From positions 15,438,001 to 15,502,000 of the forward strand of contig CM022666.1 in NCBI GenBank assembly GCA_012295275.1: DNA of 64,000 nt, given 5' to 3'. Made by a program: the position numbers and the translations under genes. This DNA comes from Chrysomallon squamiferum. Lineage: Eukaryota > Animalia > Mollusca. The notes beneath the pieces were generated by a model. It was not told where the DNA came from, did not search any database, and worked only from the letters and a program-made list of their open reading frames with translations. Shown piece after piece: positions 1 to 33,650 of this stretch (position 1 is its first letter; every line of letters starts with the position of its first letter).

Positions 1-43
1 TAATACTGTATGTGTATAATATTGTATGTGTATAATACTGTAC

Positions 44-19471
<19,428 letters not shown>

Positions 19472-19533
19472 GGCTGTGGATTTAAAAAAAACAAAAACAG
19501 AATGAAAACAATAATAATGTCTTCTTTTCTCTA

Positions 19534-19604
19534 CCACGTCAGACGTCAGCTGCTTTGCAAGACACGGTCACGTGACAAAAGGTTAAAGGCTACACTAAGC
19601 CAAT
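19534..19604 (-). promoter_or_regulatory. Putative MAO proximal promoter motif cluster
   Basis: TGACGTGG on the minus strand (19534-19541), CRE-like GACGTCA (19542-19548), palindromic GTCACGTGAC (19567-19576) and CCAAT (19600-19604), all 60-135 nt upstream of the ATG. Confidence 0.55.
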
Positions 19605-20259
19605 CTAAGAATAACATTTTATCTGTTGCGGTTAACACATTGCAGTATTAGCAGAAGCTACGAAAATCTCTCAACACAAAGGATAGCTTTATTGAAATTT
19701 TCGATTAATTGGTTTAATGCAACTAAGATCACTTTAAAAGAATTCCCCCCGATCTTAGAACGCTCTCTCTGCATATTTAAATAAATGCACAATAACACTT
19801 ACACACACGCGCTCACATAATCTATACACACATACATGCATGCATACATGCATACATACATAAACATATACATACATGCATACATACATACATACACGCA
19901 TACATAAATATATACATACATATACATATATTATTTGTTTATTTATTTATTTATTATCTCTGTTGTTGTTGCTGATATAATATGTAGAAATATTTATTTT
20001 CTTTTTGCTTATTTTTGATGTATATATTTTACCTCATCACCTAGTATTAATAATAAATATAATCATTGGCATGTGCTTTAATATGTATAAATTATGACAA
20101 CCCTCAAAAACAACTAAGCCTGATTTAGGACAAAATAAATTTTGTAAGCAGATTATTTTATCTGTTTTTTATAATTTAAATACTACTACAACTACTACTA
20201 CTACTGCTACTACTACTACTACTGCTGCTTATTACTTCTGCTGCTGCTGCTGTTGCTGC

Positions 20260-20323
<64 letters not shown>

Positions 20324-23300
20324 AATGAAATATTGCACTGCATAGTAGAACAAACAAAACGCACATGTGCATTGACTTATTTACTAAATTTGTTTTATTT
20401 TTGTTACTTTAATTATGGCGTAATTTGAACTTTTAACCACTGACCTATGAAATGACCTGTGACGCGAAACAAACTTCGGTTTTCTGTTGGCACGTGGTTT
20501 CGTTACTCTATTTATAGAAATCCACGTCTGCTCATAAATTAGCGTCGTTCAGTGTTCTCCGAATAAAAGGTTAGTTTTTATTTCTTAGTTTTATTTTGCA
20601 CTATTTTCTTCACCAGTTTTAATTTTTTAGTAATATTTATTTGTTTGAACATTTCTGAATTGAAACACACCCCTCCACACACACACACAGAGAACTGTAT
20701 GTTTGGTTTTGATTTATGTATGCGTAATTTATATTTTGGTTTCTGGTGTTATAAATTTGTTTTAAATAGTAAATATTTTTCATGAATAATGCAAAAATAA
20801 TTGTAAATATAATCATTGTTTCAGACTGAGAGATAGAAAAAATACAGAAAAAGATACACAGAAAGAAAGAAAGACACAGAGACAGATAAACAGACACATA
20901 AATACATAGTCAAACATTTGCTGCTACTACAACTACAACTACTACTACACTTCTACTACTAATAATAATTTCACACACACGATTTTATTACTATTATTAT
21001 TTCACAAACGATTTATTAACTGTGGTAAATAAACTAGTCATAACTATTAATAAATACAAATTATCTGCCCTTCTTCATCACTTTAGAATCCTGAGTTACC
21101 TCCTCCTAACGGAATACTGTACCATCCTAAAACACTTTTTCGTGAACCAGCAAAATGTTTAAAACTTAAAACCTCATTTTCAGGTTTTAATGCAGTATTT
21201 AACATATCGAATCAGTATTAGATACTTGCTGTACAATAAGCAGGGATTTTTTTTTTTTTTTTTTTTATCTATTATTATATTTTTAAAATAAAATTTAAAA
21301 CATCTCTTATTTTACTTTTCAGTCGGGTATAGAGTAAACTTCATCATTAAAACGTCATATTAGCCTATTACAACACTTTTAGCAGTTGGAGGGCTTACGT
21401 TCCAGATTGTTGTCGTGTGGTAGCTGTAGTAGTTGTTTATTTACTGTGAAGGACTAGAGAGGAATGCCAGTTTTGTCGTTGTTGTTGTTATTATTATTAT
21501 TAGTTTTGTTATTATTGTTGTTATTGTTTTTGTCGTTGTTGTTGTTATTATTATTATTATTAGTTCATTGGTGGTGTTGGTGTTACTGTTCAAATTTTGT
21601 TATTTATTAAGTGTAGACTGTACTTGCGATAAACAATTTTAAATTTTACATAGAGTAAAAGAACTTATATCATATTACTTTATTAAAGCAGGTTTCAAAA
21701 AAACTGCCAGGTCCAAATAAAAAGATGTTTTTAATTTATTGTAGCACCGTTAGACGATTAAGACAGATTACAAGCAACAGATAAACATAGCAAATATTTT
21801 ATTGTATATGATATCAAAAACTCAGTCTTAATTTTTACAGAATACAGATTCCCTCTATTAATGAACCTAAACTGTATGAGCTTGGCAAACTTAAACTTCC
21901 TTATTACAATGGCGAACAATATTAAATACCTCTGTAATGTACTTCTGAAAACTGGTGATTACGTCCAATTTCCACTGAGAGTAGAAATAATGTCGATCTG
22001 TATTCAACAAACAACAACAGCACAAAGAAAATGTTACCCACGGAATTTTAAAATTATTAATTGTTGCATTTTAAGGCGATTCATGCTTTTTCACTTTATT
22101 GTTTTAAAAAATTGTACTGAAAAAATAAGATATAGATGACAGGAATATTTTTTTTTTTTTCAAAATTTTATTAATAATTATGATGATAATAATAATAATA
22201 ATTTATTTGTTCATGTAATTGATATTTCTTTCTTTCCTTATCGATTGAATTGTTGAATTGTTTATTGATTGATTGATTCATTTTAAATGTTTATCATTTT
22301 GTGAATTTACACCTGTTTTGTGTACGTACACCTTTTTAATATACAGATATGTTATTATTATCTGAGGTATGTACATCTGGTTAATATACAGATTGATCAT
22401 TATTATTAAAGGTATGTACAACTGTTTAATATAGTAGTAGTACCTACTACTACTGATACATAACATGATATATACACTATACTATACCGTAAATACAGAT
22501 TGTACTATATATTATAATCACTACTATTACTACTAATATCCTGTAACTGAAACTACTACACACTGCACTATACTATAAATACAAACACTTTCTTCTAGTT
22601 AATAATGTAATAATATTTATAATTCATAAATGAATGAAGGAATAAATAAATAAATAATAAAAACAAATAAATAAAGTGTTGAAACAAAAACTGAATGAAT
22701 AAATAAAAAGTTGAAAATAAACAGAGAAAGAGTTTCATACACTGCTCTTGAAATAATGACAACATAATGCTCATATTTTATTTCTTGTTTCAACTGGTGA
22801 ACTAAATGAAGAAAATTGGGGGAATGAACATACATATCTGTTTACTTTATTTTATTATTTATTGTTGCTTTGTTCCTTTTTGTTTTATTATTCTCTTTTA
22901 TATTTATTTATTTATTTATTTTTGAAAAATGGTTTCAGTAGCAAGACAAATTTCTTTTTAAAAGTTTCAATAACTCACTAATAGAGAAATAACAGCAAAA
23001 ACAAAATAATATAACAGTGAAAGAAGACAATCTAAATAAAACGAATAACTAATAAAGCAACGCCCCCAGCAAAATAAACACCAATATACCCCACTTGATG
23101 CGGCCATGTTTAGAAGAAACAAATTTCAGTGTGCGATGGTTCACTCAGGTTTCACAGTCCAGGTAGGGAGCTTAAGTTTAAAAACTCAATAGCAAGTTAA
23201 ATCAGTCATGTGGAAAGCGGTCATGTGGTTATATACAAACACAGGTAATCTTGTCTTTTTATATCAGGACACGTATATGATAAAATTACCTTAAAATAAA

Positions 23301-24205
23301 ATAAAATAAAATAAATAAATATATAAATTTAAAAATAAAATAAAAATAAATAATAATAATAAATAATAAATGAACAAACTACACGCCGTTGATGATAAAG
23401 AATAAATGACATACTGAGACAGACATAAACTGAATCGTATAAATGTTTTATTTTTTAAATCTTCATTCTTTAATAAAGGTTTACTGTGTTGTGTCTTAAG
23501 TCTTTCACGTTTATAAGATACAGTACAAAAAAAAAAAAAAAATAAAAAATGAAATAAAAAAATAAATAAATAAATTTTTAAATTTTTAAAAAAAAAAAAA
23601 GAAAAAGAAAAGAGGGCTAGTACTGTTATGGCTTTGGTTTATACAATAAGCATTGGGAGATTTTGAAATAGTTTGTCTTTATTATCTAGAATATGAAATA
23701 ATATTTACTTTATTTCAGTTTCGATGCTTGAATGGAAAGTTTTTAGTGAATAAAGAAGAAAAATCGTAGGAAAAATAAATTCTATGTGATAAGTTGGACC
23801 ATGCAAGCGAACTGACCCTTTAACCTGTGACTTGCAGAATCACAAATACACTTTACCTTGTAAATACCACGTAACCCGAGTAGCAGATTAAATCAGTTTA
23901 AAGTGTAATAATAGAAATAAATAACATAAAAAAGTTAGTCATACTTCCAAGATAATTTGATTCTTGTTTAGAGGGACCTGTCACCGCCTGTGACTAAGTG
24001 AGACAATTTAATAATCGAATTACAAAATATCTGAACGTCTCCATTTTACCCGTTTGCAACAAGAGTCATAACGTACTGTTTTGGTCTCGACAGAAGAAAG
24101 TTTAGGACAAATTTACACACCTGTGTCAATGTCGTAGTTAATTACTGTACATATACTTTTAAATGTACTGTCTAGTTCTTATATTTTATTAATAATTAAG
24201 ACAGG

Positions 24206-24307
<102 letters not shown>

Positions 24308-26127
24308 TGCAGGAGATTTAGACAGTAATTTATTCTTTTACTCCAATATTTACTATTATTCATTTATTGTCTATTTTCAGTATGTAAAAACGAATAGAGG
24401 CAAAATACTTGTAAATGACCTTCAAATGGTGTAGGACGTTCAAAGTCATTCATTGTAAGCAGCTGTTATTTGTATCGTCGTAACAACAAAACTTGTAACA
24501 TGATCAGGATGTGTAAATTCTTAACGAAACTAAGGTGTATAAAATTTCAGAATCTAATCTGTTCATCAGAATCTCAGCCGCGTAGGTAGAGAAAGAATAA
24601 TCTGTTTCAAATGTGCTTAGTAATTGTATGTAGACATACCTGTAATTTCAGGGTCTGTCACATTACTTGACAAAGAAATAATAAGTTATATAGTAACAAG
24701 TATTACAATTAAACACACAGACAGATGAAATTAATAATTAAATTGCTAATAAAATTAATAAAATAATAGAAATCTTGTATTAGAATATTCACTGTGATAA
24801 ATCTTATGTACATTCATAGGTATTTGAAATAAAACTATTTTGAAACATGAATTAGATTTTTCAATACGGAACGAGTGAAAACTGAAGAAAATTGTGTTGT
24901 AAAAAGTCGCACTCTTTACTATTTCAGTTCCCTTGCTTCGTCAGAGATCGCGACTGTCACAGGCATGCTTCACAGCGGCTTGTTCTGATTAGCTCGTTCA
25001 TTTTTTTACTCATTATTTCATATTTTCTGAAATTCAGAAGAAAAAATCAACTGCGCAGTTAGTGATAAGAATGCAGTGACGCATTCACGTCTGACAATTC
25101 GAATAAAGTTAAATCGGTGATGTGGAAAGTGGTCGTTGCTTATATACAAAAACACGTGATCAGGAGAAGTTATGATAAAGTACATACACGTACATACACA
25201 TACATACTCTTATATCCATTCACACATATGTGGGCAACATTAGGGTGATAGGCGTTACATTCCAATGGATTGGAGGTTACTGCAAGTTGCTTGATTGCTA
25301 GAGTCGCACCACAAGGAAATTGTACAAACACAAATACGTTTTACCTTATAAATACCGACTTTATTCATTCTTTATTTATAAAATTTGCCAAATAATTTGT
25401 CCCTCTTTCGACTGTTGTCCCTAAACTGCAATATTCAAAATTCTAAATAATATAAAAATTGATTTATATTGAATTAAACTGAATCGAAGTTTCACGACGA
25501 TTTCGAATCGATTCGAATATTCGAAACTTCATAAAATATGTGTAGTGGTATATACCTTTGTTATAAACAAATAATCACTTCTGATCTGAATCTCCAATAT
25601 AGTACCTTAGTTCATTTTATTTTTTTTTTTTTACTGCAACAAATTAAAAATATATGAAAGAAAAAAGTAAAGAGAAAGGAATATTATAAAATTAAAGAGA
25701 GACACATTCTTAATAGAAATCATGTATTTATTTGTAAACATAGTTAAATCACAGTGTCACGAATCATTAAAATAAATAAACAACAACAACAACAAACAAA
25801 CAAAAACAAAACAGAAACAAACGAAGAAAACAACCCAAATACGATAATTTTATAATGTAAAATCAAATTCATCAAAGTAACCTAAAAATGGATAATCTCG
25901 GTGTGAGTATAGACAGGTCTACCTTTCTGTCTGTCTGTCCGTACATGAATCTACCTAACTGTCTTTCTGTTTAAGCATCCATATATTTGTTTTTCTGTCT
26001 CTATGTCTTTTCTAGATAGATAGATAGATAGATAGATAGATACAGCGAATTATAGAAAGAAAAAGGAGAGAAGAATAGAGCCAATAGAGAGGACGCCGAA
26101 GACGGAATAAACAAAAAGAGATAAACA

Positions 26128-26216
<89 letters not shown>

Positions 26217-27395
26217 AAAAAGATTAACAGAAAAGGAAGAATAAATAAAAGTATTATAATAAAAACAACAAAAAGAATAGAAGAAAAAAAGTTGTGCTCA
26301 GACCGTGACCAACAACAACATTATACTCGCTTGAAACTTTCATATCCGGCTCTGTCTAGAAGAAAAAAAAATATTCGAAGAATGTGATGACTCACTCTAG
26401 TTTCACAATCCAAATAAGAGCTTAAATTTACAGTAACCAATAAAAAGTTTTGATGTGGAAACTGGTCACTGGTTATATACCGGGGAGGTAAACGACAATA
26501 AGTACCTTTCAAATTTTACAGTAAAATATAACCAAAGAAAACTGCACATTATTTATGGAAAAAAAGGGGAAAAATATACACAGAGACACATAAAAAGACA
26601 TCAAACTTTAATTAAAATTTACTCTATTGTGTCTTAACAAGGCTATTAGATACGATCCTATCACGAAGCGGAGTAATACTACCGCAGTGATTAAAACAAA
26701 CCATATAAGGAGATTTCAGGTATCTGCAGTGTGGACTGTTTCTACAGAATTGATATAAAAAAATAAAATAAAAAACGAAGGACACTCTGTTGGATCGAGT
26801 CTGAGTTGAGGTTTTAAGGGAAATAACAACATTGAATTTTTACTTGGGTAAGATCACGTTTTTATTCCTGTATTATTGTTGTGATTGTAGTTGTTGTAGT
26901 AGTTGTTAATGATGATGTTACTTTGTTATTAGCATCACATTAATGCAGTTTTGTAGACTTATTCTGATTTCTGTTATATTGTGTTTAGTGATGTAAGAAA
27001 TGAAAGTCGTTGTCCTTACTGTAAAGTCTACTATTAGAAATAGGATCTGTTTTATATACGCCTTCCACAGAAAAAATAAAGTTCTTTCTCTTATGTTATT
27101 AGTTCTACTATTACTACTAGCAGTAGTGATATTGTTAGTATTGTTATCTTACTTGTTATTATTGTTATTATTGTTGTTATTGTTAAATGTGTTGTTATTA
27201 TTATTGTTATTGTTAAATTTGTTGTTGTTACTGTTGTTGTCGTCGCGTCCTCACATTAATACACTAATGATTTTTGCAACATTGTTTTTATTCAAGTAAG
27301 AAAATAAAGTCGCTGTCGTTACCCCAACGACTACTCTTACTAGCGCTAAGACATATTTTATGTGTGTCTTCCCATAATTGTAAAAACACATACTT

Positions 27396-27653
27396 CTTTG
27401 ATAAATCATTGAAGAGAAAGTCTCATTGCTTCTGTAACGAGGGGCGATCGCACGACCTGTAACGTGTGAAAGTTTTGTCTTAGATCTGAGATTCAACATG
27501 CTCCGTATTTGTGTCTGTCGTTGTCTTTGATAAACGAGTGAAGAGAAAGTCTCATTGCTTCTGTAAGGAGGGGCGATCGCACGACCTGTAACGTGTGAAA
27601 GTTTTGTCTTCGATCTGAGATTCAACATGCTCTGTATTTGTGTCCGTCGCTGT
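27396..27653. repeat. 129-bp tandem duplication upstream of TRIM copy 1
   Basis: The unit ctttgataaa..ggggcgatcgcacgacctgtaacgtgtgaaag..gtcg.tgt starts at 27396 and at 27525. Confidence 0.9.
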
Positions 27654-28207
27654 CGAAGTTGTTCAGTCGTATTCAAACTGTTGTAATGACAAGGAAAAAA
27701 AGAGAAAAGAAAAGAAAACAAATTCTGTTTGTCACTTGATGAACGTTCGAAACTTGTTCACTATGGAAATCTTTCATTCATCACATTTTGATAGCAGAAT
27801 AATTCATGGATATAAAAACAATTATTACTTTGATCTTACGTACTAGATGAACGAATCATAAATTTCAAGATTTATACAAATTTATATAACTTAATAAAAT
27901 ACAGTAAGAAAACACGTTTCTACAATGTAGCAATGCTGCATTTATTTTTCAGAACACGATAGCTAATTTCTTTTCTGTTTCTTTTCTTATCGTTATCGTT
28001 GTTATTGTTATGGGTCCATTTATCTATTTATCTATTATTCTTACTGTTATTTATCAGTGTAATCAGTGCTAATTATAAATAAACAGTTGTTGAGTTCCTA
28101 AATGCTTCCTCAGCAAATAATAATAATAATAATGAAATCATTATCAGCAATAATATTTTAAATTTTTTAGCCGGATCATCTCATTAACAAAGAGAGACTG
28201 TTGTACG

Positions 28208-31200
28208 ATGGCTGAAAAAGCGGTTGTACCACTTACAGAGCTACAAGAAGAGTTTGCTACTTGTAGTATATGTGAGGAATCGTTTGATGAGGAAGACAAA
28301 TGTCCACGTTTACTACCGTGTTATCACACTTTCTGTACTACTTGTCTTCGTCGGATCTGGAACAATTCAGAACATGGACTTATATGTCCTAACTGCAGGA
28401 GAAGGTGTCCTGTTAAAAACTCCATAGAACAGTCCTTTGAAAGAAACAGATGTGTATGCAATTTCGTGGAGTATCTGAACATGAAGAGCAAACCTGGCCA
28501 GTTATTGTGTCAACTCTGTGAAAAACATTCGAAAGCAACACACTGGTGCCAGGATTGTGACAAGTACTCTTGTGGTGAATGTCTACAGACTCACAAGAAA
28601 ATTCCAGTTGCAAAACAACATAAAACGATTCTTTTAACAGAGCTGAGTCACATGACATCAGATGAATATTTTCTTCAGCAGAAAGAGATGTGTAAAGTTC
28701 ATGACAATATGAAACTTGATCTGTTTTGTAAAAAGTGTTGGTCAGCTCTCTGTGCTGCTTGTGTTCCTGTTTCTCATAGAGATCACGACATTTGTAACTT
28801 GAGAGACATTCACGAAGAGAAGAAACGTTACATCATGATAGCATTAAACAAGTTACAAGCCTCAAAAGACGTTTCAGAACAACACAGCAAAAAACTGAAG
28901 CAAGAAAACACAACACTGGATGCATGCAAAGCACATCTCTTGAAAACAATTGATGACTCGTATGACGCAATTATAGCAAAATTATCAAAGAAAAAGAAGC
29001 AGATGAAACAAGATGTTGTTTCCAACATAGACACAAAGAAAGCTGTGCGAGATAAACAGATAAAAGTGATTGCCGAGTCACAAAGTGAAAAGAACGATCA
29101 TGTTCTGTACTGTCAACAGGCGATGCAGTTTGCACGAGGTGGAGAGTTTCTACAGATGTGTGAATCTCTAGAACAAAGGATTCAGTCTCTAACTGAAAGT
29201 CTAAAGCTGGTTGATGTTCCCATGCAGCAAATCACCTTGGACGACACGTTTGATAAAGTCAACAAAGTGTTGGAGAGAAGTGTTACTTTGTATGATGGCA
29301 TAATTTTCAAGGAGGAAGATACAGGTATGAAATTTAATGATAATGATGATAATAAATGTGAAGGTAGGGAAGCCATTGGATCTCACCGAAACGAGTTTTG
29401 TTTTGATAATATTTTCCTGCAGATTATTTTTATTAAAAATATATATATTTGTTAGAGAACATCGGAACGTGAAATTTTGTTTTTGTTATTTCCTCGCAAC
29501 ATCATGTATAATACATCTATTTTTAGACTGACATTGCAAACGCTTATGTTTCAGCCGCCAAAAACGCAATGACTTTAGATAATGTGTTAGAAGAAGTTCA
29601 CTGAAAATATTCCGGTCTGTTTATTCAGTGTACTGGTTACTTATTAAACGGTCTGAAAGGAAACAGTTCAAACTGTCATACCGACATGATAACAAAATTC
29701 TACCGGTGCGCATTCGTGATATAAACTGAGTCGTTGACTGATGGGGAAACATTGCTGTGATGGTCGGAAATATAGCTGTTTATGAACATTGTCTACAAAT
29801 ATGTTTGAAATTATAAAACAGGGCTGCATAGCGAATGTCCTATGATGGACACCTACCAGTAAAAGAATGCTACTAAATGTAAGAGATATAAATCGGATCT
29901 TTAATAATAACTGTTACAGGTTTCCTAATGTGTTATACAATTTTGGCTTTAATACAGTAGCAAATAAAAAAGATAATAAATAATTGTGGAAAAGAAAAAC
30001 AATAGTTTGGCTTTTACTCTAAACAATTTTTGATTAATATTAGTTAGATGCTGATCGGCATCGCATAAAGTTTTATTTTGTGTATAAAACAATTTCGAGG
30101 TACATGCATAGCTTTTCACTGATTACAACGTTAATTTGAAAATATACAGCAACTGAATAATGAAAAGGTAAGTTATTATTATGGTTACTACGGTAGATTT
30201 TATTTCTACGTAAGCTGACCTACTTATAACATCGAGTCGCGTGTCTTGTCTGGTTCGAGCACATTTTGAGAAGCGAACATCGAGGCGGTATTTTTCATTG
30301 TTAACAGGTTCACAAATTTTGAATGAATTTATAGATTTTGTATAGATAAGTAGATAACGTGTTTTCAGTTTAATTAGGTAGTTAATATTTTAATAGTTCT
30401 GTCATTCAGTATTTTTATTTTTCACACTTCTATTCCTAATTTGTAAAGTAATAAAAAGTTCTACTACTAATTTTTCATTTTGTAAAGACAGTACTAGTAT
30501 TACTTCTGATTTTACAGTTGTTATAATAATAATAATAATAAATAATAATAATAATAATAATAAAATAAATTTAATAATAATAATAATAATAATAATAATA
30601 TTTACAGAATCACCTGAAACAAGAAAACTTCTGTGTTTAAAACCTGAACCTGTCAGTGACAGAGGAATCCACAGAGAAGTTTCATGTAAGTAACACTTTT
30701 TATTTATTTACTTCTAAATATAATAATGATGATAAAAATACATGATGATAATGTTGATAAAGACAAAAATAATAATAACAATAAATATTTTTTTAAAAAA
30801 AAAATATTTAATTATCAGTTGTGTATATTGAAAGTAAACAACATTATAATAAAATTTAAATGTAGAAATAAATTATTTTAATAAAACATTTTATTTATTT
30901 ACTTTCATTTTTAAGTGTAAAAACACAAGTTTTAAAATTGTATTTGATTGTTAACAATTGTATAAAGTGACAGTGCAGTTTGTAAAAGTGAAATATTTAA
31001 CAACATATTTTATTTTCACAGTGACTCCAATGAAGTTTTCAGAAAAAACACTAAATTGGGAGAAATGTTGTATTAATGAAAACAAGGAATTAGTTAACAA
31101 AAGATCTGTAAAGAAAAACCAAAATGAAGACAGGATGAAAGTTATGAGTGGAGTAACAGGAGACATAAGTTTTACAGAAAACAAATGTTACATTTGGGAA

Positions 31201-31668
31201 AGTGAAATAACCTGTCACATTTTAGAAACTGCACAACTGGATAAAGTAGCAGCTCAGATTGGAATCTGTGAGGAGAGACATTGTGATGAGGAAATTCAAA
31301 TAGCTAATAATAAACATGCTTGGTGTGTTAGTTTTATCAGCTGTAAACAACACAATAAAATGTGTTTTTATGTTTATTACTGTGGTAAGTACAAGTGTGA
31401 TGTTCCAGTGTGTGACTATAAAACAAACACACTAGTCCACACATCACTTACACTAGTACTAGACACACAAAGTAAAACACTGCACATAATAAACACAGAC
31501 ACTAACACACTTGTACACACACTGACTGATGTTGATGTGTCACAACCGTTGATACCTGTGTTTGCTGTTTACAGTTCACCTAGTTTTGATGTGAAAGTGA
31601 AAATTTTACCTGATTTATCAAAGAATTCCACTTTGCTCAAACTGATCTCTTCTTTAATCTGCCCATAA
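28208..31668 (+). CDS. TRIM E3 ubiquitin ligase (RING, two B-boxes, coiled coil, B30.2/SPRY-like), copy 1, intact, 613 aa
   Basis: join(28208-29324,30608-30685,31022-31668) = 1842 nt, GT-AG, both introns phase 1. RING CSIC..LPCYHTFCTTC..CPNC; B-box1 CQLC..CQDC..CGEC..H..H; B-box2 CKVH..LFCKKC..CAAC..H..H. The C-terminus has SPRY-like CYIWESEI, QIGIC, LVLDTQSKTLHII and QPLIPVF. Confidence 0.9.
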
Positions 31669-32555
31669 AGTAAAATTATTTAACAAAACAGTAATTACTT
31701 TAAAAACAAACAACAAAAGTAAATTTGTAAAGTAAACAACTGTCTGTCTGTCTGTTATTGTTTATCTCTGTACTTTATTTAAATAAACTAAATATAAATA
31801 TTCTGAGTGACAAACACAGGCTATCAGTGTCATCCACACACACATATTTACACACACACACACAGACACACACACACAAACACAGTCACACACACACATA
31901 CAGATATTTACACACACAAATACAGTTGCACACACAGACATACAGATGTACAGTTGTACACACACATGGACTATTACACTTACTATCTAAATTATTTGTA
32001 AAAGTAATAAATTTGTAAATTTTCAGTTTTAAATCTCATTAGAAGTAATCCTCAGTCTACAGTGTCTCTCTACACCTCCACTCCATGTTGACTATCTAGT
32101 CTACTTTGTTAATTAGTTAACTCTTTATGTGCTGTGTACCTGTGTTTTTGTGAAGAGTAAATTAACTGTTTGAACACATTACACTGTATTACAATACACG
32201 TGTAACAGGTAAATGTTTCACTTTATATTTCTGATTTAAACTGAAATGAAGTTTTTATTTTATACACTTAAACTGTGATTTCATTTAAATAATGATTGAA
32301 AGTAGACTAGAATTTACATAGCTGTTATTAGAATGAATTGCTGATCTCATATTTCATATATTTATTGTTACTGCAGTAAATTATGACAATAGTAAATTTT
32401 TTTGTGGAATTGTGACATTACTGAATTTGTACTTCATTTAACAGAAGAAATTTAAAAAAATTTTGTTTGAATTTTTGTTTTTTAATGCTTGTTAATTTGA
32501 TGTCAGAATTATTTATTGATTTAAAAAAATGTAAAATCAGTGTGTTTGTTTTCAG

Positions 32556-33512
32556 TACAATTCGAGAGTTGGAGGCTCAGCTGGATTATGAGAAACTTTG
32601 ATGAGAGAGAAGTTGAAAGCCCAGTTGGATGAATATAGGAGGGAAATGTTCTGTCTTAACTCTCAAGTGGAAAACTTGACTGTGGTGAGGGACATACTTT
32701 TAATCTTCATTAGCTCTTTATAAATAAGTAAATAAGTAAATGATCAAATAACTAAGTAAATGCCTATAGAAATAAATAAGTAGGTAAATAAATAAATTAG
32801 TTAATAAAATCAATACATTTATAAAGATAAATAAAAAATAAGTTCAGGAATGAATGAATGGGTAAGTGAAATAATAAATGAGACTGAGTGAATAAGTAAA
32901 TTAGTGAAGGAATGAATGAATGGTTTTGGAATATATTTTATCTTTACCGTATCATTATAATTTGGATTTTTCATTTTTAATTAACTATTATTATAATCAT
33001 TTTAAAGAAAGGAACAGTCTGAAAGCAGCTATAGAAATAATGAAATTAATGTACATAACATTAAAAAAAGAACAGTCTTCTTGTGAACCTGTCAATCTAT
33101 GTATCCATGAACTGACACACCAACCTGTCTGTCTATCTGTCTGTATATCCATACTTCCACTCAGCCAGCAATCACCTTCTCGTCCATCCATCTTTCTGTA
33201 TAGCTATCTGTATCTTTCTTTCAACCTGTTTGTTTTTTGTCATTCTGTCAGTCTTGGTGTCTCCAGATTCACCTCCCTCTCTGTCTGTGTGTCTGTGTGT
33301 CTAACTGTGTGTTTGTGTTTCTGCAGGTTAGTGATGATGAGTATCACACCAGGTCAGGTCGTGTGAGGAGAAGAGCAGACTCGAGTAAAAAGAAAAGTTG
33401 TGATGATGTCTGTGTTTTTGTCAGACGAAATTACCCATCTGTAAAAAGAACGTACTCAGCTCGAGTTTTTTTTAGATCAGCTGAGACGTTGGAGAATTGT
33501 CGGCACTATTAA
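32556..33512 (+). pseudogene. ANKRD42: ANKRD42-like pseudogene fragment (last two exons)
   Basis: Exon 32556-32684 reads TIRELEAQLDYEKL**E(frameshift)KLKAQLDEYRREMF, resembling the ANKRD42 coiled coil as recalled. The next exon starts at about 33328; the block is paralogous to 57740-58630. Confidence 0.75.
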
Positions 33513-33650
33513 CTGGCAGTTTGGATAGTTGTCTGCATTAGCTGACACTCAAGAGAGCTGTGTAAATTAACTGACACTTTGGAGAGTTGTGTAGATTAAC
33601 AGATATTTTGGACAGTTGACTAGATTAAGTGACACTTTGAAGAATTGTTA
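33473..33650. repeat. About 30-bp degenerate tandem repeat
   Basis: About 6 copies of agattaactgacactttggagagttgt-like units. Confidence 0.7.

Noticed and set aside
27251-27721. 156-aa minus-strand ORF with an internal repeat
   Set aside because: It is produced by the 129-bp (multiple of 3) duplication; the paralogous regions give only shorter ORFs and no domain is recognisable.
29325-29455. C-terminal tails of the 415-aa and 405-aa TRIM ORFs in the track
   Set aside because: These are read-through past the CAG|GTATGA donors at 29324 and 47553; splicing gives in-frame downstream exons.
30958-31021. N-terminus of the 236-aa ORF as a standalone gene
   Set aside because: It is intronic sequence before the acceptor at 31021; the ORF is TRIM exon 3.
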